A DNA stretch of 64,000 nucleotides from Candidatus Levybacteria bacterium GW2011_GWA1_37_16 (GTDB taxonomy: Bacteria > Patescibacteriota > Microgenomatia > Levybacterales > UBA12049), in the NCBI GenBank assembly GCA_943357985.1, contig CALRGR010000002.1:306-64305 (forward strand), given 5' to 3'. The notes below the pieces were generated by a model. It searched no databases. It was not told the origin of the DNA and saw nothing but the letters and a program-made list of their open reading frames with translations. This document shows, one piece after another, positions 36,822 to 47,513 of this stretch. Positions within the stretch are counted from its first letter, which is position 1. Each line of letters begins with the position of its first letter. Both the position numbers and the translations under genes were made by a program.

Positions 36822-38117
36822 ATGGCAGATTTTAAAGGTAAAAAAATTGCAGTTTTGGGACTTGGAGTAGAAGGGGAGTCTTCGGTTGAATTTTTCAAAA
36901 AACAAGGCGCTCAGGTTTCAGTTCTTGATATTAAAGATAATAAAGGCTATCTCAAAGATTTAAATCAGTATGACATTATTGTAAGAAGTCCGGGAGTAAG
37001 ACTCGATAATCTCGAGATCCTTGAAGGAAAAGTTACATCTCAAACAAAATTATTTTTTGACCTTTGTCCTTGTTCAATAATTGGCGTGACAGGTACAAAA
37101 GGGAAGGGAACAACATCATCTCTTATTTATGAAATGTTAAAAACAGAAGGAAAAGATGCATACCTTGGTGGAAATATCGGAGTTCCTCCCCTCACTTTTC
37201 TCGAAAAACTAACATCAGGTAGTATTGTTGTCTTAGAACTTTCCAGTTTCCAGTTGATCGATTTGTCTAAGAGTCCGCATATTGCAGTTATGCTTATGAC
37301 AACAAGCGAACATTTAGATTGGCACAAAGATGTTTTGGAATATATAGATGCAAAAAGGAATATTTTAAGACATCAAGTAGAGAGTGACTTTGCAATTGTA
37401 AATAAAGATTATCCTGCAAGCAGGGAATCTGATGTTTACTCGTCAGCACAGATTTTTTATGTCTCACGGGAAGACGAAGTCATGGAAGGATGCTTTGTTA
37501 AAAATGAGAATGTAACTGTTAGAAGAGGAGGGGTTGAACAGGAAATCATCGAAACTGCCGAGATTCTTTTGCCGGGAAAACATAATTTGGAAAATGTTTG
37601 TGCGGCAGCCATGGCGGCAATCTTAGCCGGAGTTTCCAGAAAAAATATTGCCCAAGTACTCCGCACTTTTAAAGGCTTGGAACACCGCCTGGAGCTTGCC
37701 CGTGAAGTCAACGGAGTCAGATACTATGACGATTCATTTTCAACAACGCCCGAAACTGCAATAGCTGCAATAGAAGCTTTTACGGAGCCTGAAATATTAA
37801 TTCTTGGCGGGTCCAGTAAGAAATCAGACTTCAAAGAATTGGGGCAACTTATTTTTGAAAAGCCAAATATAAAAGCAATTATTGGAATAGGCGTTGAATG
37901 GGAGAGGATTAAGGAATCTATTGGGCATCAAAGAGCAGGTTTAACATACATAGAAGATTGTAAGAATATGACTGAAATTATCATTGCAGTCTCAAAAATC
38001 GCGGAAGATGGAGACGTAGTTCTTCTTTCTCCTGCTTGTGCAAGTTTTGGAATGTTTGAAAATTATAAAGACCGCGGTGAGCAATTCAAAAAAGAAGTTA
38101 ATAATTTGCTAAGTTGA
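36822..38117 (+). CDS. murD: UDP-N-acetylmuramoyl-L-alanine--D-glutamate ligase
   Basis: RSPG, GVTGTKGKGTT, GGNIG, ELSSFQL, HLDWH, EHRLE, SPACASF..F..Y..RG. Confidence 0.95.
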   Translation: MADFKGKKIAVLGLGVEGESSVEFFKKQGAQVSVLDIKDNKGYLKDLNQYDIIVRSPGVRLDNLEILEGKVTSQTKLFFDLCPCSIIGVTGTKGKGTTSSLIYEMLKTEGKDAYLGGNIGVPPLTFLEKLTSGSIVVLELSSFQLIDLSKSPHIAVMLMTTSEHLDWHKDVLEYIDAKRNILRHQVESDFAIVNKDYPASRESDVYSSAQIFYVSREDEVMEGCFVKNENVTVRRGGVEQEIIETAEILLPGKHNLENVCAAAMAAILAGVSRKNIAQVLRTFKGLEHRLELAREVNGVRYYDDSFSTTPETAIAAIEAFTEPEILILGGSSKKSDFKELGQLIFEKPNIKAIIGIGVEWERIKESIGHQRAGLTYIEDCKNMTEIIIAVSKIAEDGDVVLLSPACASFGMFENYKDRGEQFKKEVNNLLS

Positions 38118-38147
38118 AAAAGATTTGTCAGGTGCTATAATTGCCCT

Positions 38148-38885
38148 ATGGTATTTGATAGACTTGATGCCGCTGAAAGACTTCCCGAGAATAGGCAAGA
38201 CCCTGTTAAAAGCAGAGCAATAAAAGCCGCAAGACAATTATTAAAAGCTGCAGAAGTTACAGATCCTGGTCCATTAGTCCTGGTTACTAATAATGATAGG
38301 AAAGAAGTGGTTGATTTAGCTCCAGCTCAAGAAAGGGCAAATAATCTGCTCCAGCAATACGCTGAATTGTATCCAGATCTTTCAGAAGTAAGCTTATCTG
38401 ATTTTCTATCCAATCCCGGATAAGCATCCTCTTTCCCAGAAAACATAGAAGCTTTTATCGGGTCTCCTGATTTATTTAAAGATATTCCTGCTACCCAGCG
38501 CGTAGTAAAATATCTTATAGATCAAGAGAAAGAAGTTCTCTCTAAGATGGACTTATTTTAAGAAGAAAAGATTGGCGTAGATGAATTGGGTCTTCAAAGT
38601 GCAGTAATAACCGCTTTTCGCTATAAAAGAGCTTATGGCAAAAATAATGGGAATATCGAAATCGACCACAGACACCCCTGGGGTCTTAATGATTTCATGC
38701 ACCATCATTCGGTTTCAAGTGCACCATATTTTCTAGATAATGCCGGTGCATTATCTATGAATCGGGCTGAAGATTTACTTAGAATTAATAATTTTGGACC
38801 CAAAAAGCTAGAAAATGTAATGCAACAACTTGCAGCTCATGGTCTAGCGCTAGCTACTAAAGCACCTACACCGGGACAGAAATAA
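38148..38885 (+). pseudogene. Interrupted ORF ending in an RNA polymerase alpha-CTD-like domain
   Basis: The 91-aa and 99-aa ORFs share one frame, broken only by TAA at 38421 and 38559; IGVDELGL...DLLRINNFGPKKLENV. Confidence 0.5.
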
Positions 38886-38907
38886 AAGATTTTGCTACAA
38901 TAGAAAA

Positions 38908-39894
38908 ATGGATAAGGTAATTTTTTCAGGAGTTCAGCCGTCAGGAAATTTACACATAGGAAATTATGTCGGCGCGCTTAAGCAATGGGTTACGATGCAG
39001 GAGGGTAGAGATGCCATTTTTTGCATTGTAGATTTACACACGATAACTGTTCCGCAAGATCCAAAAGTTCTGCGTGAGAAAATACTGGAAATGACAGCTT
39101 TATATATTGCCTGCGGAATTGACCCTGAAAAAGCTCATATTTTTGTGCAGAGCGAAAATCCAAACCATACGCAGCTTGGTTGGATTTTAAATACAATTAC
39201 TTCATTTGGACAGCTTGAAAGAATGACACAATTTAAGGAGAAATCCCAAAAATACGGTGAAAATGTGGGCCTTTTTGATTATCCGGTTTTAATGGCCGCA
39301 GATATTTTGCTCTATCAAACAGACGAAGTACCTGTTGGAGAAGATCAAAAACAGCATTTAGAACTAGCAAGAGATTTAGCAAAAAAATTTAATAAGCAAT
39401 TCGGAGAAGTTTTTAAATTGCCAATTCCTGTTATTGGAAAAGAAGCAGCGCGCGTTATGAGTCTTCAAGCGCCAACTTCAAAAATGAGCAAATCAGACGT
39501 TAATCAGCTTGGAACCGTTTATTTACTTGATTCAGAAGATCAAATTAGAGAGAAAATTAAAAAAGCAGTAACGGATTCGCAAACGCATATTTCAAAAGAT
39601 AGAGGCTCGGAAGGACTTTCTAATCTTTTAACAATTTATTCGGCTTTTAAAAATCAGACTTTAACAGATTCTTATAACCAGCTTGAAGGAAAATCTTATG
39701 GAGAATTTAAAACTTTGCTTGCGGATTTGGTTGTTTTAGATTTGTCTCAAATAAAAAAGAAATATGAAGAAATTAGAGGGAATGAAGAATATTTAAATCA
39801 AATTTTGGATGGAGGACGCGACTTTGCAATAGAAAAATCAAATGAAACAATGCAAAAAGTATTAGACGCGCTAGGATTAGGCAGGACTGCTTGA
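38908..39894 (+). CDS. trpS: Tryptophanyl-tRNA synthetase
   Basis: SGVQPSGNLHIGNY, YPVLMAADIL, VPVGEDQKQH, KMSKS. Confidence 0.96.
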   Translation: MDKVIFSGVQPSGNLHIGNYVGALKQWVTMQEGRDAIFCIVDLHTITVPQDPKVLREKILEMTALYIACGIDPEKAHIFVQSENPNHTQLGWILNTITSFGQLERMTQFKEKSQKYGENVGLFDYPVLMAADILLYQTDEVPVGEDQKQHLELARDLAKKFNKQFGEVFKLPIPVIGKEAARVMSLQAPTSKMSKSDVNQLGTVYLLDSEDQIREKIKKAVTDSQTHISKDRGSEGLSNLLTIYSAFKNQTLTDSYNQLEGKSYGEFKTLLADLVVLDLSQIKKKYEEIRGNEEYLNQILDGGRDFAIEKSNETMQKVLDALGLGRTA

Positions 39895-39930
39895 AAATAG
39901 GCTCCTTCTAGTGGTATACTACGGTCTACG

Positions 39931-41775
39931 ATGGCAGCCTTAACCCCAAGCAAAAGAAAAAAGTCAAAAATTATAAGAGTAAATCTTTCTTGGAAAAACG
40001 CGCTTATCTACGGTTTTGTCTTACTTTTTATTGCTTTCACTTTTTTTGGATTTAATCAGTCAGTTGAACCCAAGAAGGTAGTCCCAATTTCTCAGATAAT
40101 TAGTGATGTAAGACAAGGAAAGGTTTCTGAAATTAAGGTATCTGATATTGTTCTTACAGTTACCGAAAAAGATAAGATACTTACTAGTACAAAAGAGCCT
40201 GGTCAAAACGTTTACCAGCTCTTCAAAGATGCTGGAGTGTCACTTGATAAGACAAAAGTCATTATTAAGGATGACACTGGTCTTAATTCTTGGATAAATA
40301 TTCTCTCTTCCGTTTTGCCAATACTTTTGATGGTTGGATTTTTCTACTTTATCTTTAGACAAGCCAGGGGTGCGCAGGAAAATATATTTTCCTTTGGTCA
40401 GTCGCGTGCAAAGCTTTTTAGCAAAGACACTCCTAGAATTAAATTTTCCGATGTAGCCGGAGTAGACGAAGCAAAACAGGAGTTAGCCGAGATTGTAGAT
40501 TTTCTAAAGCACCCTGAAAAATATAAAGCAATGGGAGCAAGGACTCCAAAGGGAGTACTTATGGTAGGACCTGCAGGAACAGGAAAAACTCTTTTGGCAC
40601 GTGCTACTGCAGGAGAAGCAAATGTACAATTCTTTTCAATAGCAGGATCTGAATTTATGGAGATGTTGGTTGGAGTTGGGGCTTCAAGAGCACGGGACCT
40701 TTTTGCTACTGCAAAAAAATCACAGCCGGCAATAATCTTTATTGATGAAATTGATGCAATTGGAAGACAGCGTGGAGCCGGATTTATGGGAGGACACGAT
40801 GAGAGGGAACAGACTCTTAATCAAATTCTTGTTGAAATGGACGGATTTACTCCAAATGAGCAACTTATTGTTATGGCAGCAACCAATAGGCCAGATGTAT
40901 TGGATCCGGCACTCATAAGGCCAGGAAGATTTGATAGGCGTGTAATTTTGGATATGCCGGATATTGTTGGAAGAAAGGCAATTTTAGCCATTCATGCACG
41001 TGGCAAGCCCTTTGTTAAAAACCTTGATTGGGATAAAGTTGCAAGACGTACAGTTGGGTTTTCTGGAGCTGATATTGAAAACATGTTAAATGAGGCGGCA
41101 ATTCTAGCTGCAAGACTTGAGAAAAAGGCAATTGATATGAAAGATCTTGAAGAAGCGGCAACAAAAGTAAAGCTTGGGCCGGAAAAAAGACGTCTTCAGT
41201 CAGATGAGGATAAGAAAATGACCGCGTATCACGAAGCAGGACATGCTTTGGTTTCTTGGCAAATGCCGCATTTGGACCCGATTCACAGAATTTCAATTGT
41301 TGGCCGTAGCGAATCTTTGGGGCAGACAGAAATTGCGCCCGAAGACAGAGTTCATGAGACGAAAACAAGGTTAATTGAGCAGATTGCAATGGCAATGGGA
41401 GGAAGAGCTGCCGAAAGTGTGGTCTTTTCCGAAATGACAACAGGAGCGTCAAGTGATTTGAAAAAGGCAACAAGACTGGCGCGTCTTATGGTTGTTGAAT
41501 TTGGAATGAGTGATCTGGGGCCAATGACTTTTGATGAAGATACTAAGTCTTATTATGAAAGTAACCAGACTTCTGAAAACATGAGCGCCAAAATTGATGA
41601 GCAGATTAAAAAAATAACAGATGTAGCCTACAAGCAAGCAATAGCAATCATATCTAAATTTAGAGATAAGCTTGATATTCTAGCGGAAGAGCTTTTGAAA
41701 AAAGAAACTTTGGAATCTGAAGAATTCTTGGCTCTCATGGGTCCCCGCAAGGCATTCTCTTTTGCCAAAGCCTAG
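39931..41775 (+). CDS. ftsH: ATP-dependent zinc metalloprotease FtsH
   Basis: Two TMs, [26 protein letters not shown]. Confidence 0.96.
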   Translation: MAALTPSKRKKSKIIRVNLSWKNALIYGFVLLFIAFTFFGFNQSVEPKKVVPISQIISDVRQGKVSEIKVSDIVLTVTEKDKILTSTKEPGQNVYQLFKDAGVSLDKTKVIIKDDTGLNSWINILSSVLPILLMVGFFYFIFRQARGAQENIFSFGQSRAKLFSKDTPRIKFSDVAGVDEAKQELAEIVDFLKHPEKYKAMGARTPKGVLMVGPAGTGKTLLARATAGEANVQFFSIAGSEFMEMLVGVGASRARDLFATAKKSQPAIIFIDEIDAIGRQRGAGFMGGHDEREQTLNQILVEMDGFTPNEQLIVMAATNRPDVLDPALIRPGRFDRRVILDMPDIVGRKAILAIHARGKPFVKNLDWDKVARRTVGFSGADIENMLNEAAILAARLEKKAIDMKDLEEAATKVKLGPEKRRLQSDEDKKMTAYHEAGHALVSWQMPHLDPIHRISIVGRSESLGQTEIAPEDRVHETKTRLIEQIAMAMGGRAAESVVFSEMTTGASSDLKKATRLARLMVVEFGMSDLGPMTFDEDTKSYYESNQTSENMSAKIDEQIKKITDVAYKQAIAIISKFRDKLDILAEELLKKETLESEEFLALMGPRKAFSFAKA

Positions 41776-41810
41776 TTGATATCCATAAGTCTTTTGATAT
41801 ACTTAGTTTA

Positions 41811-42536
41811 GTGGATAACAATTCAGCAAATAATCAAACTCCCGCTCAGGTGGCTCCGCAAACAGTTCCACCAGTTCCATGAATTCCTGCTCCAGCCGCA
41901 CCAAGTTCACCTGCAGGCAAGACTTTCTCAAGTTCCGAAGCGATAAAGTTTGGATTTGAATTATTTAAGAAAAATGTAGTTAATTTCCTTAAAATTGCCG
42001 GAATTTTAATTCTTATTAATATAGCACTAAGTATAATCGGGAGTATATTCGGTCATAATAATATTCTTGCTTTTGTATGGGGGATAATAGTAGCGGTAGT
42101 CTGGGTTATAATATACATAGGAGTTTTTAGAATCATGTTTGATCTCTACGACGGAAAACCTCTCGTCTTATCTAATTTCTATTCTCAGAACCGTCTTTTG
42201 ATCCCAATTTTTATAGCTTCGATTTTATCCGTACTCATGATTGCAGCGGGTATTGTTCTTCTTATAATTCCAGGGATTTACTTATCTCTTAAATTTACCT
42301 TTTTTAGCTATTTTATAGTTGATAAGAATGCTGGAATAATGGATTCTTTCAAGAAGAGTTCATCGCTCACCGAAGGAGTAAAACTAAGAATTCTTCTATT
42401 TCAATTTATAGTTGGTTTAGTAAATATAATTGGGTTTCTTCTTTTAGGAGTCGGGCTTTTTGTTACTATTCCAACGACTATGATGGCATTAATTCATGTC
42501 TACCGAAAACTCCTATCCCAAACCCCCGGAATTTAG
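41811..42536 (+). pseudogene. DUF975-like membrane protein with in-frame TGA at codon 24
   Basis: GTG 41811 after TATACT; frame open except TGA 41880; continues FSSSEAIKFGFELFKKN into the track ORF (LLIIPGIYL, GIMDSFKKS). Confidence 0.55.
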
Positions 42537-42559
42537 ATCTTTGATGTTATAATACCTTC

Positions 42560-43489
42560 ATGGATGTTGATAAAGAGGTTTTTATTCTTGTTGATGGCTC
42601 TGCGATTGTGCACCGTGCATATCATGCAATGCCACCCCTTAGACGCCTCGACGGGACTCCTACGGGAGCTGTACAGGGATTTTTTTCAATGATTCTTAAA
42701 GTGATGCAGGAATTTAAGCCTGAGCATATCGCAATAGCTTTTGACAGGCCGAGCCCAAATTTCCGTAAAGAATTATTCAAGGGTTACCAGTCTCAGCGTC
42801 CCGCAATGGATAGCGATTTATCTCCTCAGTTTGGAATAATCCAAAAGATTTTAGAAGCAGCGAAAATTTCTATTTATGGAGTTGACGGGCTTGAAGCAGA
42901 CGATATTATAGGTACAATTGCCGAGAAAGCTAAAGCAACAGGACATTTGGTTTACATATTAACGGGGGATAGAGATATGCTTCAGCTTGTAAACGGAAGG
43001 ACTAAGGTTTTGGCGCCTCTTAAGGGAATTTCTGAAATGACTTTATATGATGAAGACAAAGTTAAAGAAAAATATGGAATCCCAGCTCAGGAATTTATTG
43101 AAATGAAGGCGCTAATGGGGGACGCGTCGGACAATTATCCCGGAGTTGCCGGTATTGGTCCCAAAACCGCGACGGATTTAATAAATGAATATCATTCCGT
43201 TACCAATATTTACAAAAGCTTGGACAAACTGCGGCTCAAAAATCCCAAATTAGCAGAAAAATTAGAAAATGGAAAAGCCAATGCTCTACTTGCTCACCAG
43301 CTGGCAACAATACTTACGAATGCACCTTTTAAATATGACTTTGCCGATTGTTCTTTGAAAAATCTCGACGTCCCCGGATTTAAAAAGGCACTTGAAGCTT
43401 ACGATTTTAAGACTTTGCCAAAAAGGCTTGATGAGGTTTTTAAAAACGGTGGAATTGCCGATTCAATGAATCAAATAAAATTACTATAA
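42560..43489 (+). CDS. Stand-alone 5'-3' exonuclease/flap endonuclease (Pol I N-terminal domain)
   Basis: LVDGS..HRAYHA, EADDIIGT, TGDRD, GDASDNYPGVAGIGPKTA; ends QIKLL. Confidence 0.9.
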   Translation: MDVDKEVFILVDGSAIVHRAYHAMPPLRRLDGTPTGAVQGFFSMILKVMQEFKPEHIAIAFDRPSPNFRKELFKGYQSQRPAMDSDLSPQFGIIQKILEAAKISIYGVDGLEADDIIGTIAEKAKATGHLVYILTGDRDMLQLVNGRTKVLAPLKGISEMTLYDEDKVKEKYGIPAQEFIEMKALMGDASDNYPGVAGIGPKTATDLINEYHSVTNIYKSLDKLRLKNPKLAEKLENGKANALLAHQLATILTNAPFKYDFADCSLKNLDVPGFKKALEAYDFKTLPKRLDEVFKNGGIADSMNQIKLL

Positions 43490-43493
43490 AATT

Positions 43494-44240
43494 ATGCCAG
43501 AAGTAACAGGTCAGTTAGGAGAAATGAAAACAGTAGGGGTTAATGTTAGAGATTTGATAGTAGATCGGCTAGGGATAGATTTTAATCATCCCCCCAAAGA
43601 AATATCCGGAAGTTTAATAAACAGAATAATCCATTTTAGAATGACTAAAGAGTTGCGTGGGGATATGGGAATTTATTTTCCTGAAAAAAACGCTTTCATC
43701 TACAATCCAAATTTAAGCCCGAAAGATAAATTTGAAACCCGAATTCACGAGGGAATGCACGGGCTTTTTAAGGAGGTAAACCCGGATTATTTTGAAACAA
43801 TAAAAACCCTGCTTGATTCATCTACTAATCCTACAATTGGAATTGCATTTGGCAATGCTTTAATTCGGGGACAGATAGATGAAGAAAAATATTTAAGAGC
43901 CATGAGTCATATAGGAAGATTTGAAGACGTTCTTATAGCATTTAATATAGTTACGGAAGGAATTGCAGAATGGGGACGACTGGAAATGCGTGCAGACCAT
44001 GTCATTACAACACGTGAGCATTTAAATGACATAGAAGAAGAGATGCGAATATCCGCGGAGGATAAAAAAATGGACCCCTATTTTAGGGGAAACAGATTTG
44101 TAACTTCGGCTATCGATTATTTAGAGCGGAAAGGCATCCCAAGAGGAGAAGCACTCCTGTGCTTAATGTCTAATCCGCCTCTTATTGTTGCGGATATTTC
44201 TGTGGGTGGAGCGCAATATGCTATCGAGAATCTGATTTAA
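43494..44240 (+). CDS. Hypothetical protein with HExxH zinc-metallopeptidase motif
   Basis: RIHEGMHG and downstream TEGIAEW. Confidence 0.55.
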   Translation: MPEVTGQLGEMKTVGVNVRDLIVDRLGIDFNHPPKEISGSLINRIIHFRMTKELRGDMGIYFPEKNAFIYNPNLSPKDKFETRIHEGMHGLFKEVNPDYFETIKTLLDSSTNPTIGIAFGNALIRGQIDEEKYLRAMSHIGRFEDVLIAFNIVTEGIAEWGRLEMRADHVITTREHLNDIEEEMRISAEDKKMDPYFRGNRFVTSAIDYLERKGIPRGEALLCLMSNPPLIVADISVGGAQYAIENLI

Positions 44241-44241
44241 T

Positions 44242-45402
44242 ATGAAAATTGCAATTGTTCACGATTACATAAAAGAGTACGGTGGCGCTGAACGAGTTCT
44301 GGAAGAGTTAATTAAGTTATATCCTAAAGCAACTGTATATACAACGGTATATTTGCCTAAATATTTAGGACCTCATAGGCAAAGGTTTAGTGAATACAAA
44401 ATTAGAACATCTTTCTTGCAATATCTTCCTTTTAAAGCCAAATTAATTTCGCCTTTTAGACTCTTATCTCCTTTAGCTTTTAAGCTTTTCAACTTCTCGG
44501 ATTTTGATTTAATAATTACATCTCAAACCGGTGCATACTTCCCAAATATCCTAGATAAGGAAAAAGCCGTGCTTATCTCTTACACCCACACGCCTCCAAG
44601 ATATCTATATGGGTTTGCAACAGCAAGGGAGTGGAAGAAAAACCCTGTTTTGAGATTTTTAGGAGAGCTTGCTAACCATTTCCTGCGTCTTTTAGATTAT
44701 AAAGCCGCACAAAATGTAGATTATTTTATAGCAAATTCAAAAAATGTAGCAGGAAGAATTAAAAAGTTCTATAGACGTGATGCTGTTGTAATTTATCCTC
44801 CGGTGGGTGTTCAGGAATCAGGAATAGGGAATAAGGAATCAAGAAAAAAAATTCATAATTCAAAATTCATAATTCCTAATTCATATTATCTGGCAGGAGG
44901 TAGGCTTGCACGGCCAAAACATATAGAGCTTATTGTTATGACTTTTACAAAATTAAGAATTCCTTTAAAAATCTTTGGTAAGGAATTTGCGGGATACGGT
45001 GATTCTCTTAGACGCATTGCCGGTAAAAACGTGGATTTTTTAGGTGAAATATCAGACGAGGAAAAGCTCGATCTAATGAAAAACGCCAAAGCATATATTT
45101 TTGCGGCAGAGGATGAGGATTTTGGGATTACTCCAGTTGAAGCAATGATGGTTGGCACTCCTGTTATAGCTTACAAGTCAGGGGGAGTTATAGAGACCGT
45201 AGTAGACCCTTCGGCAGGCTCAGGGCAAGTGGCGACAGGTGTATTTTTTGATAGGCTTTCCGCGGGACCGCTTACCATGGCACTTAATAAATTTAAAACA
45301 ATAGATTTTGATAAAAATGCTATCATAAAACATGCCAAAAAGTTTTCCGCGGAAAACTTTGATAGGGAATTGAAGAAGTTTATTTCTAAAGTGACTAAAT
45401 GA
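44242..45402 (+). CDS. GT4-family glycosyltransferase
   Basis: HDY..EYGGAERV, HTPPRY, IYPPV, EDFGITPVEAM. Confidence 0.9.
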   Translation: MKIAIVHDYIKEYGGAERVLEELIKLYPKATVYTTVYLPKYLGPHRQRFSEYKIRTSFLQYLPFKAKLISPFRLLSPLAFKLFNFSDFDLIITSQTGAYFPNILDKEKAVLISYTHTPPRYLYGFATAREWKKNPVLRFLGELANHFLRLLDYKAAQNVDYFIANSKNVAGRIKKFYRRDAVVIYPPVGVQESGIGNKESRKKIHNSKFIIPNSYYLAGGRLARPKHIELIVMTFTKLRIPLKIFGKEFAGYGDSLRRIAGKNVDFLGEISDEEKLDLMKNAKAYIFAAEDEDFGITPVEAMMVGTPVIAYKSGGVIETVVDPSAGSGQVATGVFFDRLSAGPLTMALNKFKTIDFDKNAIIKHAKKFSAENFDRELKKFISKVTK

Positions 45403-45947
45403 GCAAAAATAAGGCTATAATTACCACGGGACTGGCAACATTTTTCTTTGGTTTTGGAGCAGGCGCGATCCTTAATTTATATCTGATTTCAATTAAATCT
45501 CCTCTAGTTGCTAATCTTCGCAGTAGTTTGAGCTTTAAGTCTTCAATCTATGGGGACGGAATTCTTCTTCCGATTGTGAATATGGTTATGGTTGCCTTTC
45601 TTTACAAAAAGAGAGAGTTTGTCCATAAATATAGCTTAAGGGCGGGTTTCCTTGGAGGATTTGTAATAACTGCATATTTTCATATAATTCAAGCTTTGCA
45701 AGGATTAGTGAATTGGACAATGCCAACGCCGTGGCATTGGAATATTTTGGGATTTTGGCATGCTTTGTATATGTTTTCTGTCGCAAGTTTAATAACGCTT
45801 TTTTTTGTAGTTTCTGTCCTGTCTTTTAGAAAACAGAAAAAACTTGATAAGGAGATTTACATTGTAATTGCCGGGATAATTTTCTTTCTCTTGCTTCTTA
45901 AATCTGATTATATGGACGTAAATCTTTTAAGCTTAATCCCGCGTTGA
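45399..45947 (+). CDS. Hypothetical membrane protein
   Basis: About five TM segments, overlapping operon arrangement. Confidence 0.6.
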   Translation: MSKNKAIITTGLATFFFGFGAGAILNLYLISIKSPLVANLRSSLSFKSSIYGDGILLPIVNMVMVAFLYKKREFVHKYSLRAGFLGGFVITAYFHIIQALQGLVNWTMPTPWHWNILGFWHALYMFSVASLITLFFVVSVLSFRKQKKLDKEIYIVIAGIIFFLLLLKSDYMDVNLLSLIPR

Positions 45948-45949
45948 AT

Positions 45950-47215
45950 ATGAGTTTTAAATTACCCACTATTTTTAAAAACAGTCAATTTATGTCTCTT
46001 TGGGGAAATCAAGTTCTTCTTCAAGTCTCTTTTAATATGTGCAACTATACGGCACTTCTTATTCTTGCAGACAGGACTCATTCTCCATTTGTACAAGCTC
46101 AGCTTTATGCAGCTTTAACTCTTCCTGCTTTTATCTTTGGAATAGTGGCTGGTCCCGTTGTTGATATGGTGGACAGAAAAAAATTAATGCTTATAACGGA
46201 TGCTTTACTAGCTTTTCTTTTTCTTTCTTATGCATTTGCGGGAGCAAATACAGTAATTATTATGGTAATTGCTTTTTTAACGTCTTCCGTTGCAAGATTT
46301 TTTATCCCGGCAGAAGCAGCGACAATTCCCCTTATGGTGTCAGAGGAGACATTAGAGCATGCTAATACTTTTTTTCTTTTTACTCTTATGGGTTCTGTGC
46401 TTTTGGGATATGCGATAGCAGGACCTATCATTCAGCTTTTTGGAGGGCTTGGAAGTTTTGGGGAAATAGTGCCTTTTATATTAAGCAGCGTTCTTCTTGT
46501 TGTTGGATTTATTCTTCGCTTAAGTCTTAAGAAAGTTGAGATGGTAAGACCTCAACTTCCAAATGGCACAATTTTTAAAAAAACCTTTCATTTATTTAAG
46601 CAGACTATTGGAGAAGTAAAAAGCCATGAAAACATTTATATTCCTATTACGCTTTTGGTTTTTGTTGAGTTTATCGTAGGAGCTATGAGTATTTTACTTT
46701 TAGAATTTGTGAGTAGATACTTAAGGCTTGAAATTACATCGGTTAGTTATGTTTTAATGGGGCCGCTTGTTGTAGGTCTAATTTTAGGAGTGTCTTTGCT
46801 ATCTAGAATTGAGAAGATAATGGGACATATAAAATCTATATTTGCAGCTTGTTTTGGCGTAGGATTAATATTGTTTATCTTTGGCTTGACACCGTTTATA
46901 GCTGGAGTTCTAATCACAAGAATTACTACTATTGCAGGTGCGTTTTTTCTGGGGATAGCTATAGTTGTTATTGCGGTGCAGGCAAGAACAATTTTACAGA
47001 TTAATGCAAAAGTTGAGATGCATGGAAGAATATTCTCATTTTTAGATATTATGATAGCATTTATTACGCCTGTTCCGGTTTTAATCCTAGGATTTTTGGC
47101 AGATAAAATTAGCATTTTGGTTATACTTTCTATGATTGGATTTTTAATAATCACAACTACGTTTCTAATTAGTAGGAGAAGAGGGGGATTATATGTCAGA
47201 TCTCCCGGAAGTTGA
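45950..47215 (+). CDS. MFS transporter
   Basis: 12 TM pattern, AGPVVDMVDRKKLM motif A, HGRIFS. Confidence 0.88.
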   Translation: MSFKLPTIFKNSQFMSLWGNQVLLQVSFNMCNYTALLILADRTHSPFVQAQLYAALTLPAFIFGIVAGPVVDMVDRKKLMLITDALLAFLFLSYAFAGANTVIIMVIAFLTSSVARFFIPAEAATIPLMVSEETLEHANTFFLFTLMGSVLLGYAIAGPIIQLFGGLGSFGEIVPFILSSVLLVVGFILRLSLKKVEMVRPQLPNGTIFKKTFHLFKQTIGEVKSHENIYIPITLLVFVEFIVGAMSILLLEFVSRYLRLEITSVSYVLMGPLVVGLILGVSLLSRIEKIMGHIKSIFAACFGVGLILFIFGLTPFIAGVLITRITTIAGAFFLGIAIVVIAVQARTILQINAKVEMHGRIFSFLDIMIAFITPVPVLILGFLADKISILVILSMIGFLIITTTFLISRRRGGLYVRSPGS

Positions 47216-47263
47216 TTTTGCTGCATTTACAGGTAAGGGTAGATAATTTGCTATAATCCCCAC

Positions 47264-47366
47264 ATGCCAGAGTTACCAGAAGTAGACCCATTCGGCTTCG
47301 CTCAGGGCAAGAACATTGAGAATCGGCAGCCGCGGTACCTACTTTTGTCCCAATTGTCAGAAATAA
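47264..47366 (+). pseudogene. mutM: Collapsed mutM/fpg remnant
   Basis: MPELPEV N-terminus, then a palindromic repeat, then out-of-frame LRIGSRGTYFCPNCQK* zinc-finger end; TGCTATAAT promoter 6 nt upstream. Confidence 0.85.
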
Positions 47367-47513
47367 ATCTATTGTATTTTTATAACCCCTATGCTACTAT
47401 CCTATTCTAGCACCCTCTTTTGCTGAAGCTTCAGTTGGCGAGGCCAAGTGCTAGTTTTTTATGCCCATTCGCAGTCGAAAACTGCTCAGGACATAATAAG
47501 TTATAATTGAATT

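Noticed and set aside
41880-41882. In-frame TGA as a sign of genetic code 25 (UGA=Gly)
   Set aside because: Conserved genes such as murD, trpS, pth, nrdR and pfkB end at TGA at the expected positions, some in ATGA overlaps, and long ORFs have no internal TGA.
47407-47455. CIRCE element (CTAGCAC...GTGCTAG)
   Set aside because: The spacer is far longer than 9 nt and contains another palindrome (ctgaagcttcag); the downstream gene is pyrH, not a chaperone. More likely a hairpin or terminator with a repeat insertion.
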